A stretch of DNA of 64,000 nucleotides from Cenococcum geophilum (Eukaryota), in the NCBI GenBank assembly GCA_050273025.1, contig CP158635.1, positions 14,446,001 to 14,510,000 on the forward strand, written 5' to 3'. Under the pieces are notes generated by a model, which was not told the DNA's origin, did no database searches, and saw only the letters and a list, made by a program, of their open reading frames with translations. Each line of letters starts with the position of its first letter. Positions within the stretch are counted from its first letter, which is position 1. Positions 23,148 through 36,104 of this stretch are shown here, piece after piece. The position numbers and the translations under genes are program-made.

Positions 23148-25000
23148 ATAAATCCTCCTTCAAAACGCGTAGCGGCTCAATTAACGGGTATATCTCCTCG
23201 CCCTTAACAAAATCGACAAAGCCTCCTTCCTCCCTTATTACGTACGTCTCTACCTTCATTAAGTCACCGGGGTGTCCTACAATAGCCGCCAAGACACAAA
23301 TACAACGCTATTTAGCTAGACTTTACATTAAAGGAGCTTAAGGAAATAGAAAATAATCTGGAAGCTATAAATAAGGACAATAAGGAAAATACGGAGGCTT
23401 AGCTTAACTATATATAGAGTTAACAGACTTCTTATACGCAGAGCTAACAGGCTTCTTAAAATCAGATCGGCCGATCAACTCAATTAAGGCCGTATAAGTC
23501 ACTGTATTTAATATAAGATCCTACCTACCCACAGTCAAATATAATAACACCATAATATTAAGCTATAGCCTTTTAGGCAGCTGCTTAAGCTTATCTAGCT
23601 CCTTAGTCTCCTTTACAAAATATAATTAAAAATAAAGAAGAAATAACTCCGCCGCCTTACCTATATATAAAGAGTAAGATTAGTAATATAGGAAGAGCTA
23701 GCGGCGGCGTGTTTATTACTTATAATTATAATATATTAATTTAATATCTAAAGGAGCTGGTATTTACTAAAACTCTCGTTAATATAAGCCTTTAATATTA
23801 TAATCTTTAGCGACTTTAAGTCTTTCCTATTTATAAGAGGGAGCTACATTATTAAGAGCAAGGTATTCGCGTTAAGCTCTAGCCAATTAAGGCAAAGGTT
23901 AACACTTAGCATATAGGCGTTTATAATATTAGGTTTAATATAGATTCTAAAGTCGCAAATTAGTGGCAGAAGGTTAATACGCAACTCATTATATAGGCTC
24001 AACATACTAATAGACGTGGCGAGATTAAGGCTCTAACTATTAACCTCTTAATTATATATACTCCAGATAGAAATTAGCTAGTAGGTAGCTCTCGCCCATT
24101 AATAATTAATTAACTCTATAATAAACTTCTAACGCCCTCGCAGAGCTTAGAGCTTAATATAACGCCTCATATACCTACTAGTAGTATTACAAATTTAATA
24201 GGCTTACAAGTTAAGCTTACTAGGTATTAGCGCTATAAAAAGCACTATTTTAACGCCAATTGGTATTATATACTTAGCTAGGTAGATATTAAATTAATAG
24301 ATAAGGACTTACGGGAGTAGGTAACTAGTATTTAGCAAGGCATCGCAAATATTAAGAATCTACCTTATAAGCTTGCTACTCGGCTTACTAAGAAAGCGGC
24401 AACAAGAGGAAAAAGTGGTAGAAAAGTACGCCAATCTGCCTCAAGCAAGAGCTCTACAGTTAATAGCCTAGGCATCATTAATTACTTTCACGTTAGCTCT
24501 ATAGGCTCAATATTAGATTAGCAAATTACTTCTACACCAGTAAGCCGACTGCCCTTATTATCCTTACCTATATTACTAATATACCGCTTATAAGGTATTA
24601 ACCGCGCAAAAGATCTAAAGGAGTTCTTTAAGTATTAGAGGCAGAGTGTAGCTAGCAATCTTAACTAGGAGGCTGATTTCAAAGCTACGCATAAGGTTGT
24701 CTATAATTTAAGGTAGAACTTAGAGCTCCTACGTAATAAATCTAATAGCGCTAATCCTATTAAGGAGCTTATTAAGGCTAGTATTAAATCAGGTGTCGCA
24801 AGACGGCTATAGAAGGACTTAAAGAAGTGGGCAAATAAGCGTCGTACGCAGCTTAAGGGGAATTTTCAAGATATAGATAATTAGCAAAATATAGGGTGTC
24901 TCTGCCACTGCTAGCGCCCCTATAGTGGCAGAGACGCCCTATATCTGGGTTCTTTAAGATATAGATTATCGTAATTAGCAAAATATAAGGTCTCTTTATT
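23148..25000 (+). pseudogene. Accessory Cys/Trp-motif protein, copy 4
   Basis: RIPed start ATA at 23148 (MxPPSKRAAAQ). De-RIPed WRCEKHCSNANWCY...DLREWxTSIQQGIANIENPP at ~24228-24365. C-terminal GIKSGVARRLQKDLKKW at ~24780-24830. End approximate. Confidence 0.75.
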
Positions 25001-25122
25001 ACTACTAGCTCCCCTATAGTAATAAAGACACCCCATATATATAATAGATTAAAGCCTTTTAGTAAGTTATATACGGTCAAAAACGCTACCAAAGATCAAT
25101 TGCAACTCTTACCCTAAAAACC

Positions 25123-26158
25123 TCAATAATTATACCCACTATATTGGAAATGGCCTCTTACACTCTCGCTCTTGCTACTAACCTTATTTATACACTAAAG
25201 GAGGAACGCTTTAAAGCTATAGCTAAAGTTTTCTAGGTACTCTAGCTAAGAGAACTACTACCACTAAATAAAGTCCTTTAGCTCTCTAAAAAACTCTTTA
25301 ATTAGATTTAAATTAGGTAAGTATAATAGTAAATACACTAGCTTAACTCTAAAGGTATTAAAGAGAGACTGCATCCTTTCTAAATAATAGAAGCTGGCGT
25401 TATCTATAACTACTACTAATCACTTAGCAGGAAAGCGATTATATTATAGTAGAAGAGTATATACCACCCAGAACTTAAAGCCTTTACTATTTATCAAGCC
25501 TTTATATACCAAAGCTGCTAGTATGCCGTTAATCGTATATATAGGCAGTATATTAAGCCTCCTCTTACCCCAATTATATGGCGTCTATAAGACTGGTATA
25601 ATACTAAAAGGAGCCTAGCCTACCTTCCGTACGCCTATCTTTGAATCCATACCTAACTCATCTACAAATACTAGTTAATTGGCGGTATACTATAATATAA
25701 TAGCAAAATATATATCACAATCGTAAGCGCTACATTTAAGAGCTACCTAGTAACACTTCTTTATATAAGCTACTCTCTAAGCTCTATACTAGAGGATTTA
25801 ATTAGCTTACTTGCTTCCTTATCTAGCCAGCTAAATAGAGCTCTTAAAATATTATATAGCGGCTTACTATAACATTAAACGTATTATAGATTAGCTATTA
25901 CAACTCATTACCAAAGAGAGTTGGCTTCTCCTTTAGCTGTATTAGTATTACCATAATCATCGGATCGCTTAGGAGGAACTAGCCGCCTTCACTATTTAAA
26001 GGTACCCAAGTTAAGCTAAAAACTCATAAGTTCCTGCTAATTAAGGTAATTAAGCGAATCGTACAACTAGCGGCGGAGGTATACTCTGCTCGGGTCGCTC
26101 CAAGTTAAAGAAGATCCTTAATTAGGGCGTGCTAATATGGGCCTATTCGCGGAGCTAT
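25123..26158 (-). pseudogene. IS630/Tc1 DDE transposase (RIPed)
   Basis: MAPRIG... start, FVDExG ~25665, DNASF ~25400, YLPPYSPDLNPIEEFF ~25335-25290, TGA at 25125-25123. Confidence 0.9.
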
Positions 26159-26381
26159 ACTACGGGTAGAAGATAGGTAGAAACCTCACAATATTTAACA
26201 ATAATCACGACATAGGAAGATCAATCGTGGACAGCTTTAGGAACAAGGCTCTTACAGCCAAGCATACGGCTTCACTTCGATTACTATGTACAGTTGGTGG
26301 TGATTTGGCGAGCCCGCGTACCGAAGTGAAATCAACTTTTTTTTTTGAGGGGGGGGGAAGCTGGTCGTGCAACAGGCTGTA

Positions 26382-28239
26382 CGTAGCTCAACGGGCCACG
26401 TAGCTCAACGGGCCTGCTTAGCCGAAATCTAATACACCACTTTTTATTAGCAATCTGTATACCATAATTATGTCTAATAAATACAAAACTGAAGAGAAGC
26501 GCGTCTAAGATGCAATTAATTACAAAAATCGACATCCTGGGTTATTGCTTAAGACGTACGCCAATGAATTCGACGCGCCATATAAACGTGTCGTAGCGCG
26601 TCACAAGGGCGTGCAAAGCAAGATGCAGAGGCCAGGAAGCAATAAGAAGCTTAATTCTATATAGGAGCAGATGCTTCTGGCATATATTAAGCGCATGGAT
26701 TGTATAGGAACTTATGCCTTAATCCATCAGGTCCACGCTGCCGCTGAGCGCATCCTTATCCTCCACGCCCAACCTGGCACTAAGCCCGCCTCTCTTAAAC
26801 GCGACTAGACTAAGAACTTTATTAAATAATATAAAGAAACACTCTATAAGGTTAGACAGAAGCCTATAAAGGTAGAACGAGCTGCTTTAAATAATTTAAA
26901 TAAGATAGTGGAGTGGTATACGTTATATAAGGACATTAAGGCAAAATACGGTATACTCCTATGCGACGAATATAACTTTAATAAGTCTGGGTTTTGCATT
27001 AGGATAAGTAGCGCGTAGTGGATTATAACGCGAGTTTTAAACAATAAAAGATTGTATTTAGTAAGTGAGATAAACCGCGATTTTACTTCGGTATTGGAGG
27101 CTATATTTAGTAATAGTGTTACGCTTAATCCGGCGGTTATTATTAAAGGTGCCCAAATTATACACTAATACCTTAATAATATAGATATACTAGATAGGTA
27201 TATGCTAGGTACGTAAAAAAGAGGCTACTTAAATAATAATCTTGCGTTTAAATGGATTTAGCACTTTAATAAGCAGAGCGCACGTTAATAGATAGGCGCG
27301 CATTAACTGCTATTACTTAACGGCCACGGATCGCACCTTATGATAGAGCTAGCTTAATATTATAAAGAAAGGAATATTTATCTTTTAGCACTTCCGGCCT
27401 ATATAAGCCACTTTCTATAACCTCTTAATGTGGTATTATTCCAGCCGTATAAGCACCACCATCGACGTACTATTAAGATGGCCGTCCGAACGGGCTGTAT
27501 AAACTTTAACATCGTTAAGTTCCTATACGCTCTATACCATATTCGGGTCACCATATTTAAACCCACGTCTATTAAATCGGCATAGGAGAAAGCTGGCCTT
27601 ATTCCATATAATCCTAAGCTTGTTTTAACCAAGTTGCGACACTAAACTGCTGTTATACGCCTATCTATACCCCCACCTATAAAAAGTGTCTAGCCACCGT
27701 TGCAGCCTGCGCCCCTCTGGACGCCTATAACACTAAGATCTATTTCTTAAGCTATTAGCGAGCTTCGTAATTACGTATATAGACAGGACGTAAGGCACCG
27801 GGGCCCGTTATATAAGCTTATAAAGGGTGCTAGTATTAATGCCACGCTTCGCGCGTTAGCTAAGGAAGACCTATATAAAACGCAGGTAGCGGTACAAGCG
27901 CGCGCAAAGCAACAAAAAGGCGACCAACGTGTCGTCTCAAAGGGAGGCCTTATATCTGCTAAGGACGGACGACTTAAGGTATCGCAGAGAGTCCGCGCTG
28001 AGGCAGAGAAGGCAGCTAGAGCTGCTGCGCGTGCAGTAAAGAAGCGGGCTGCTGAGGACGCCAAGCGGGCTGCTAAGGCCGCAGCGGCGCCAATTTTGGA
28101 CAGAGAGTAGATAAAGACTATCGCATTAATTACTATACTACAAATATTAATATATCTGTCTTGCACGTGGAGCTATATAGCTTTAAAGTTGTAAGGTGCG
28201 GGGCATGGCCCGTTGAGCTACGTGGCCCGTTGAGCTACG
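26382..28239 (+). mobile_element. Fot1/Pogo-family DNA transposon (RIPed transposase ~26470-28110)
   Basis: ~33-bp TIRs with an internal direct repeat ACGTAGCTCAACGGGCC; TA flanks. De-RIPed YNFDESGF ~26971, LLDGHGSH ~27313, LQPLDV ~27415. Confidence 0.93.
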
Positions 28240-30143
28240 TAGGACTCTGAGGCGGAGCCGAAGAGTCCGTGGGGCGGATATGTGTTTGTAGCAAATTGCT
28301 GCAAATCGCCGCAAATTGCCAAAATTGCGACTTACGCAGGTTTTGCAGACCCCGATTTTCGTTTGCAACAACGCGCCCAAAAAAAAAATCCTGATGTCAG
28401 TCAATTGAGGCATGGGCACGGCAAAGGGGACGCGCAAGCCTGTACGATTGGATTGTCTATAAACGAGAATCTAAAGCTAGGGAAAGGAAAGGAGAAGAAG
28501 AGTAGCGCCGTTTAATGTTTTATAAGATCTTCGCGTTACATAACCGCAATATACGGCAATCTGTGGCAACTTGCCGGTGCGTAGTTCTGCTAAGTTCTGC
28601 CAGTGCCGTAATATTACCCCCCCCTCTAAAAAAGCCTACCCTTAGGCTTTGCCGCTAAAAGTCTTAGTAAGAGAATCTAACTAATTAGATAACTTTAACC
28701 GCCGGTTAAAGTTCCTAGATATCTTAACACCTTACATAACTAAGAAATTTTTAGAGTATTTTTGTTCTTATATTCTTCTAGTAGCTTATTATCTTTATTA
28801 TACTAGCATTCTATTTACTTATCTAGGTACTTTAACGGTCTAGGTTTATTAGGGTAACAGCTATAAAACTCTTAAAGCTTATAGGGGCTACCTATAAAGT
28901 TCTATATAGGGTACTAAGTAGGGTCTAGGTTATATTCTTTCTAACTAATATAATACTTTAACGTTCCCTTTATAAGTTTATAGGCTAGTATTTCTTTAAT
29001 TTCCTATTTATTATTATTATTAACTTAAATTAGTAGGGGAGGTTAATTTTTTTATCTAGGTAGTAGGTTATTTATAGCTTTTTATAGCTTATTTAGTAAG
29101 AAGATAGGGTAAACTTTAATTAAGTCTGGGAGCTTAACCTTATATAAGTTGCCTACTTTATTAAAAATCTTATACAGTCCTGCCATCTTATAGTCTAGCT
29201 TATAGTTAGGCGGTTCTATCTTCTAGTTCTTTATTATAACCTAGACTATATCGCCTATAGTAAAATTAGGCTTATACTTATACTTATTCGCCTACTATTC
29301 TATTAATTTTAAGCCTTTTTTAGGTTTGTATAGGCTACTTTCTAAGCTTCTTCTAAGCGCTTAGCGTACTACTAGGCTTCCTTATAAGATAGTTTTTCGC
29401 GTATAGTCTAGGGCCCTTTTAGTCTTTCCCAGTTAAAGCTTATATAGGATAGGTAACCTATTTCTAGTTAAATAGGGGCAAATCCGGTAGAGTTGTGGGG
29501 TAGGGTGGCTTAGGCGTAGTCTATTAAGGGTAATAGTTTAGCCTAGTTATTCTAGAAGTAGTTAATTAAAGGCCGGAGTTTTTAGTTTAAGTATTAATTA
29601 ATAATTTCTGTTTAACCGTCTATCTGGGGGTAATATGCTATAGAAAGCTTTAGCTTAATGCTTAAGATTTAGGTAAACTTATTCTAAAAGGCTAATATAA
29701 ACTATAGCCCGCGGTTAGATATAATAGTATTTAGTAGTTCGTAAATTTAGTAGACATAGTAGATATATAATTAGGCCGCCTCTTTAGCATTAATATTTTT
29801 ATAATAGGGAATTAAAAACGGGCGTTTGCTAAAGTGGTTAACTAGGATTATAACTATATTATATCCGTTATGGTCTAGAGGTAGCTTATAAAAGTCTATA
29901 AAGATATATTACTAGGGGTGGTTGGGTATTAGAAGGGGTTTTAATAGTTCTAGGGTTTTATCTTATAGAATTATAGACCTATAGTAGTTATTGCAGTTCT
30001 ATATATAGCGGTTAATATCTATAATTATTCTAGGCTAGTAGTAGCGATCGCTAATAATCCTACGGGTTTTATTTTTTCTAGGGTGGGCCGTAAAGACCTA
30101 GGTATATACTTTGGCAATAAGCCAAGTCCGTAAGTTCTATTTC

Positions 30144-33100
30144 TGTCGGGAATAAGGCAATTTGCCCTTACGTGCGGCAAATTGCCGTCACGTGAGGCAA
30201 CTTGCCGTCACGTGCCGTCGTGGCACTAGCGCGGTAAGGAACCTTAAGTTCCTCACCCTCCCCTATCTAATATAACAAGCTTTTCCATCACTATATCTAC
30301 TTAAGTAGTATTAGTAATTTCCCCTGTGTTACTAACACTAATTAGTGGTTAAATATATAGTTAACTATAGAACAGCAAGGTTTTTAATAGAAGAGACAGT
30401 CTCGTATAGGGGTGCCATATACGCTTATATGGAATAGATCCCGGCGATACTATACTACCTTAGACTTACGGAAAACTAGTAATAGAAGTATCACTAAGTA
30501 CTAAGAGATACTAAGTTGCGTCTATTATATAGAACAATTGCGTTTACGAAGATTTAGTTAAGTACTTTAGGTTAGAAGTATTACTAAACCTAGGGTCCCA
30601 AATCAACGTCCAAAACGCGTTAAACAACATCTTAAATTATCTACCTTTTAACAGCAAACCTACGAGATTCTATAAAACCGAAAACCCTACCTACCTTTAA
30701 CATACGACACCCCGTTAATTTTATACTAATTATAGCATTAACCTACCTAAAGAAGTACGAGAAGGACATTAACCCAGAGATATGGCATAAAGATATTAAC
30801 CCTACAAATGCCGAACAATAGGACCTAAACGGATTCTTACTATACTGTATAGCATACTATAAAGACAGCAAATATAACAATACTATGCTTTAGTATTATA
30901 TAAAGGAGGACTTTATTAGATAGATAAAGGAAACATAGGCTCTCATAACAAAGGTTATCATATAAGACTTCCATAACTTCCTTTAGGAGAACAGAGTATT
31001 TATCCCTATAGATAGGGGCGCTATTAAAGATAATATTTAGGAGCATATTATTAACGCAAAAGAAGAGCATAAATAGACTCCATAAGAAATTAAGCACCAA
31101 CTACGCACTATAAGGAAGCTTAACTCACAATAGAATCTAAACGATATACTAATAGAGACACGTTCTAATTCTATTGCTCCAGAGCAAGCGCAAGACCCCC
31201 TTACTTCGCGATTTAATAACCTTTAAACTCTACTAGAGTAAGACTAGGTACCACGCCATATTCCATCGGGCTCTATATCTCCACTATAGCCTATAAAGCA
31301 ATTCCCACCTTAATCTCTAATACAATTTCAACGTGGCCTAATACCACTTAAAGGCACCTTAAAAATGCTTACAGAGCTTATAAAGCTCTATTCAGACTAA
31401 GAGAAAAGGTTTAGCGGGGAACTATATAATATCCTTAATTCAAAGCTATACATCTTCTATAACTATTACTAGAAGGTTAAACTAAAACCTAACTAATATT
31501 ATAACGCCTATTCCATTATACTTAAGGGCCGCGCTAGTACCTTCTATTATAATTATCTAGCAGGAAAAGAATATAATTTTAACCGAATAATATATAAGAT
31601 AAGATGCCACTTTAAAATAGAAGAGAATAAGCAGCAGTATATATTAGAGTAGAGAGAGACTACCTTTCTAAGAATTATTACTATAAACCTAGGTGTCTCT
31701 CAGCTCAATTATCTTTAAAAGCTCTTTAATTAACTTTAGATAATTTAGCGTGGTTTATCCAAATTATATTAAAAGGACTTTAGCCTACGCGATTAAGTTA
31801 TTAGCGTATACTAAGGTATTAAAGAATACAACCTTACTCTCTTTAATCCTATAAACACTTACAAAGGAGTATATACCTAATTAAGATCCTCTATTAGCAC
31901 AGCTCTGCGCTCTTAAGAAGTATAGTAATTTAATACCTAACCCTAACCTACTTTAATTAACCTAACCAACTAATATAATTATAACTAGACCGATCAAATA
32001 TATAGTGGCCGCGGTAGGGGATACAGCAGAGGGTACGATTAACATTAACCACAAGGTAATTATAGAGGTTCATTTTAGAGCAATTATTAGAAGAAGTACT
32101 ACGTTTATAAAAAGCCAAATTACTAGTTAACCAGGCACCCCCTTAATAGACGAAAGGAGGCATATAATAAGTTCTGCTAGAGCGCACAAAACGTTAGAAA
32201 TTATAAGGTTATTATAGCCTACTTCTAAAGCTTCCTAGTTTAATATAAAGGTATAGAAGATCTTAAGGGTAAAGTTAACGAGGCCAAATAGCTCCTTATA
32301 GATATAGAAATTAAGGACTACTCCTCTAACCAATACTTCACCAAGTATAGTAAGGTAAATGGCATATAAACTATTACTATCCTTAATAACTAATCTACGC
32401 TCCATTCCGTTACAAAGTTAAATATCTTTAATAAGCTAAAGGAAAGTTCCGCGTTCTCCTTTAACAATAGATACTCGGCGAATATCTTCCATAGTATTAT
32501 GCCAGATACTAGAGCCACAGGAGTATCTATAGTAGGAGAACCTTAAGTTCAAGCCCTTTAGCAGCTTAATAGATCTATTTAGATTAACTAATTAACGGTA
32601 GGCTAATATACAATCCGCTTTAGCAAGGGTACTATAATCTCTTTTGGTACAATTAAGGTCCAAACCCTATTAGGATATATTACTTTCCACATTATTCCTA
32701 CAAACACCCCATTCCTATTCTGCATCTAAAATATAAATAGATTAGGCGTTAAGCTTAACAACCTTAAGAACGTGCTTATCTAGGGAGATAATTAGGTACC
32801 CATTATACACAAGTAGGGTCACCCTTAGTTGCTCCTTTAACAGCTAAAAAGGAGCGTTACTTAGAGCCATTTAACTAAGTTAAAGCTACACCAACTACAT
32901 CATTATTTTAGTCACTTATCTATCTACTAACTGCTTAGGGTCCTTTAGTAAGTAGGTTATAAGGTTAAGGTTAAGATAATTAAACATCTTATAAAGTACT
33001 ACTATTACTATTAAATAAACCAGAAGTCCCCTAGCCAATTCAAGTTTACCCTTAAAAATAACTATAACTTTAACTTCTATATCATTATTAACATTATATA

Positions 33101-36100
33101 TCTTAGCGGCAAGCCAGTACTCTAAATTATTAACTTCTTAACCTTCTTCTAAGCCGCACGTTTCCTAAGGGATATATTAACTAGGAACGCATAGGATACT
33201 CTTTAATTATACTAGATTAATGTCTACCTAGGACCCCCTAACCAAGTCATTTACAATATAGAAAGGAACTTCTTATCTATAGAGTTTCAGTAATAAGCAA
33301 AGGCAATAGCAATCAAGGTTAAGGAAGTCCCTATTAAGGCACATAATAGCGTTAAAAAAGTAGAATAATACTATACGCTATTACGCTAAGCATATAAGAT
33401 TATTTCTTTAGAACTAGAGGACGCTAGCAAAGAGCTTATCTTATAAATGGCTATTAAGGCTATTAACGATTCCGCTAGTCCAGATAGACTTATACCCATA
33501 TTACTAGTCTTTAGCGCTTACCCTTAAATAACTAATAATTCTTCACTATCTCCCTCTATTATATAACGAGCTAAGGCTATTTACAAGGCAATAAAAGAGG
33601 TGCGACGTATCTACGCCACGCGCTAGGTTAACAACGTACTAGAAATAAGAAATAGCCCAAATACCTCAACTACGCTTAATTTGCCTCTCTAATCTAAAGT
33701 ACGGGTATAACGTAAAAAGGGAGAATAGTTAGGGCTATATAAACTCATTGTAAGCAATAGTTAAACTTATACTCTTTAAATGCCCTATAGACCTACTTAA
33801 TTCCATTTAACCGTTATTAAGCCCTACTATAGAAATAACAGTTATAAGCCTTTATAGGATGCCCTAGAGGATTCCCTAAAGGATGCCCTAGAGGATACCC
33901 TAAAGGAGAACTACGATTAACGTGCTCTAGAAGGAGACCATAATTCTAATATAATTGCAGCAGATGTACCGCAACCATAATGCGGTAGAGGTCGCCTAAA
34001 AGGATTACAAAATTACCAATACCTTATTAATTTTAAAGAGCAATTTATTACCGCTATTAAGAGTAGAGACAAGTTATTAATGGCCTTTATAACAGCTAAA
34101 GAGAAGGCTAACTTTAAGCTCGTAAAACAGCTCTAAAAGGAAGGCCGTATTATAACCCTAGGAGCTCCTTTTTAAGCATCTAATAAACAAGAGATCGACG
34201 GTCTTATTTTAAGAGGAGTCTTTAAATTCAAGAAGTATAACCCTACTAAGTTTAATAGAGTTCGTATCTTTAAGTTAAGAATAGTTAACAAGATTAAGGG
34301 CAAAGCTACTAACGCCCCATTTAAGAAATTAAGGCTTATTATCTAAGGTTACAACAATAATAGTAAGGAGGTAATCCTTATATAATCCCCTATAATTTAA
34401 CAAGCTAGTTAGCAAGTTATTATTGCACTAGCTCCCTCCTTAATAAAGAATAGAATAGTAGTTTATTTATAAGATATTACTTAAGCCTACACCCAATTAG
34501 AGACGCACCTTTAGCGCTTAATATTAGCATATCTTCTAGAATAAATTCGCCACTAATATCCTAAAGATACAATTATAGTTATTCTTAAGCTATTATACAA
34601 AATCGCAGAGGTAGGAACCTATTAGTGGGCTACCTATAGCAAGCACTATAAGGAGAAGCTTTTAATAACTACTTCTATATTTAATCCCTGCTTCCTTATT
34701 ATAACTACGGGAACCCTATTCGGAATTGTTGGTATATAAACTAATAATATAATCATCTTAGGAGACGACCAATTCTCAGCTCTTAAAGAAGACGAGCTAA
34801 TAAAGGCAAATCTTATAGCAAAGCTAAAGGAAAGACTTAGTTTAATAACACCATTACTCTTTAATAAATGCATCCTCTCCCTAAACGAGGATTCTATTGC
34901 TTTGCGCTAGAAGGGTTAAGGCAAAAAGATCAACGTTATTAACGTTAATTCTCTAAAGCAAGGATACGTGGAGTAACGCGCTTGCGAAGCTTATATTACT
35001 TCTATCTATTAACCCAAGGCTTCCTTTAATCTCTCTATTACCGCTTAACACTAGAAACCAACTAAGGATAACATTCTTGCCCTAAATAAGCGTCTTTCCT
35101 AGTAAATAAACCATCTCGATTGAGGACTACTCTACGTACCTATTAATCTTCCCACCGCTAAGCTCTTTGTGTTTATTAATAGGTTATTCATAAATAATAA
35201 AGATTTTAGCTCCTAGCTAAAATATAAGATTATTATCGCGAATAAATCTACTAGAGAGAATAACTTTATAATCTATAGTAATCTTATCTATTAGAGCTTA
35301 ACTAAGAGCAAGCGCATTACTTAAAGTGTTTTAGCGTTAGAAATATATAAAATAGTTAGTAGAGTTAATATAGCAATTACAATTGGAACTACCTTAAAGA
35401 TAATTATAGATTGACTTAAACTTCCCGTTATCCCTATAATCGTATACACTGACTTATATTCCCTCTATAAGTATTTAGTTAAGCTTAGTACCATAAAGGA
35501 GAAGCGCCTTATAATTAATATTATAGCACTATAGCAATCTTACGAGCGTTAAGAACTCTTTAAGATTTAATAAATTAATAGCTAAGATAACCCGGTAGAT
35601 GTAATAACAAAGGCAAACCTAAATAAGGCGCTAGAGACGTTCATTGACATAAATACTCTATGTATACAAGTTAAAGGTTAGGTTAAGAGGGAGTAAAAGA
35701 TGCGGCAAGGGCCGCTAAGGCGCTAGTAGTAAGCAAGCTAATAGCGATTTTCCATGCTAGGTATGGAAAATCGTAATTAGCTAGTAAAAGTCCGGGTTAG
35801 TAGAATAAGGCATATTACCTGCCAAAGTCTGCTATATTCTACCTACTGTCGTATTATCATATACGGTCTATTTGCATATAGATAGCAACCATAAAAAGAA
35901 GAGTTACCAGTGTCGGGAATGAGGTAATTTGCCCTTACGTGCGGCAAATTGCCGTCACGTAAGGCAACTTACCGTCACGTGCCGTCGTGGCACTAGCGCG
36001 GTAAGGAACCTTAAGTTCCTCACCCTCCCCTATCTAATACAACAAGCTTTTCCATCACTGTATCTACTTGAGTAGTATTGGTGATTTCCCCTGTGTTACC

Positions 36101-36104
36101 AACA
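30144..36104 (+). mobile_element. Copia B, full length, inserted in Gypsy A pol
   Basis: 194-bp LTRs at 30144-30337 and 35911-36104. TSD GTTTC (left copy RIPed to ATTTC). Protease DTG ~32505, integrase, RT DITQAY ~34473, QTDD ~34737, RNase H FVDGSF ~35170. Confidence 0.94.

Larger units (their letters stand above)
22908..26379. mobile_element. IS630/Tc1-like DNA transposon 3 (two convergent ORFs, ~110-bp TIRs)
   Basis: TIRs at 22908-23018 and 26268-26379 (CAGCCTGTTGCACGACC...); TA at 22906-22907 and 26380-26381. Confidence 0.93.
5646..28396. mobile_element. Large non-autonomous TIR DNA element (CATCAGG...CCTGATG, 2-bp TSD TC; CMC/EnSpm-like candidate) filled with other DNA transposons
   Basis: Splits the LTR sequence TGTTAGCGAC-TC-AGTCAAT, which is intact (with RIP changes) at 40111 and 52296. 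TC flanks both ends (5644-5645, 28397-28398). The ends match as CATCAGG, T-tract, GGG..CGTTGTTGC. Confidence 0.85.

Noticed and set aside
5646..28396. Starship or Helitron identity
   Set aside because: No tyrosine-recombinase captain or Rep/helicase remnant was recognised, and the boundaries are TIRs with a 2-bp TSD.
10323..28515. Paired similar ORFs (10418/28183, 10323/28282, 16328/19106, 19106/22838)
   Set aside because: They are translations of inverted repeats, not duplicated genes.
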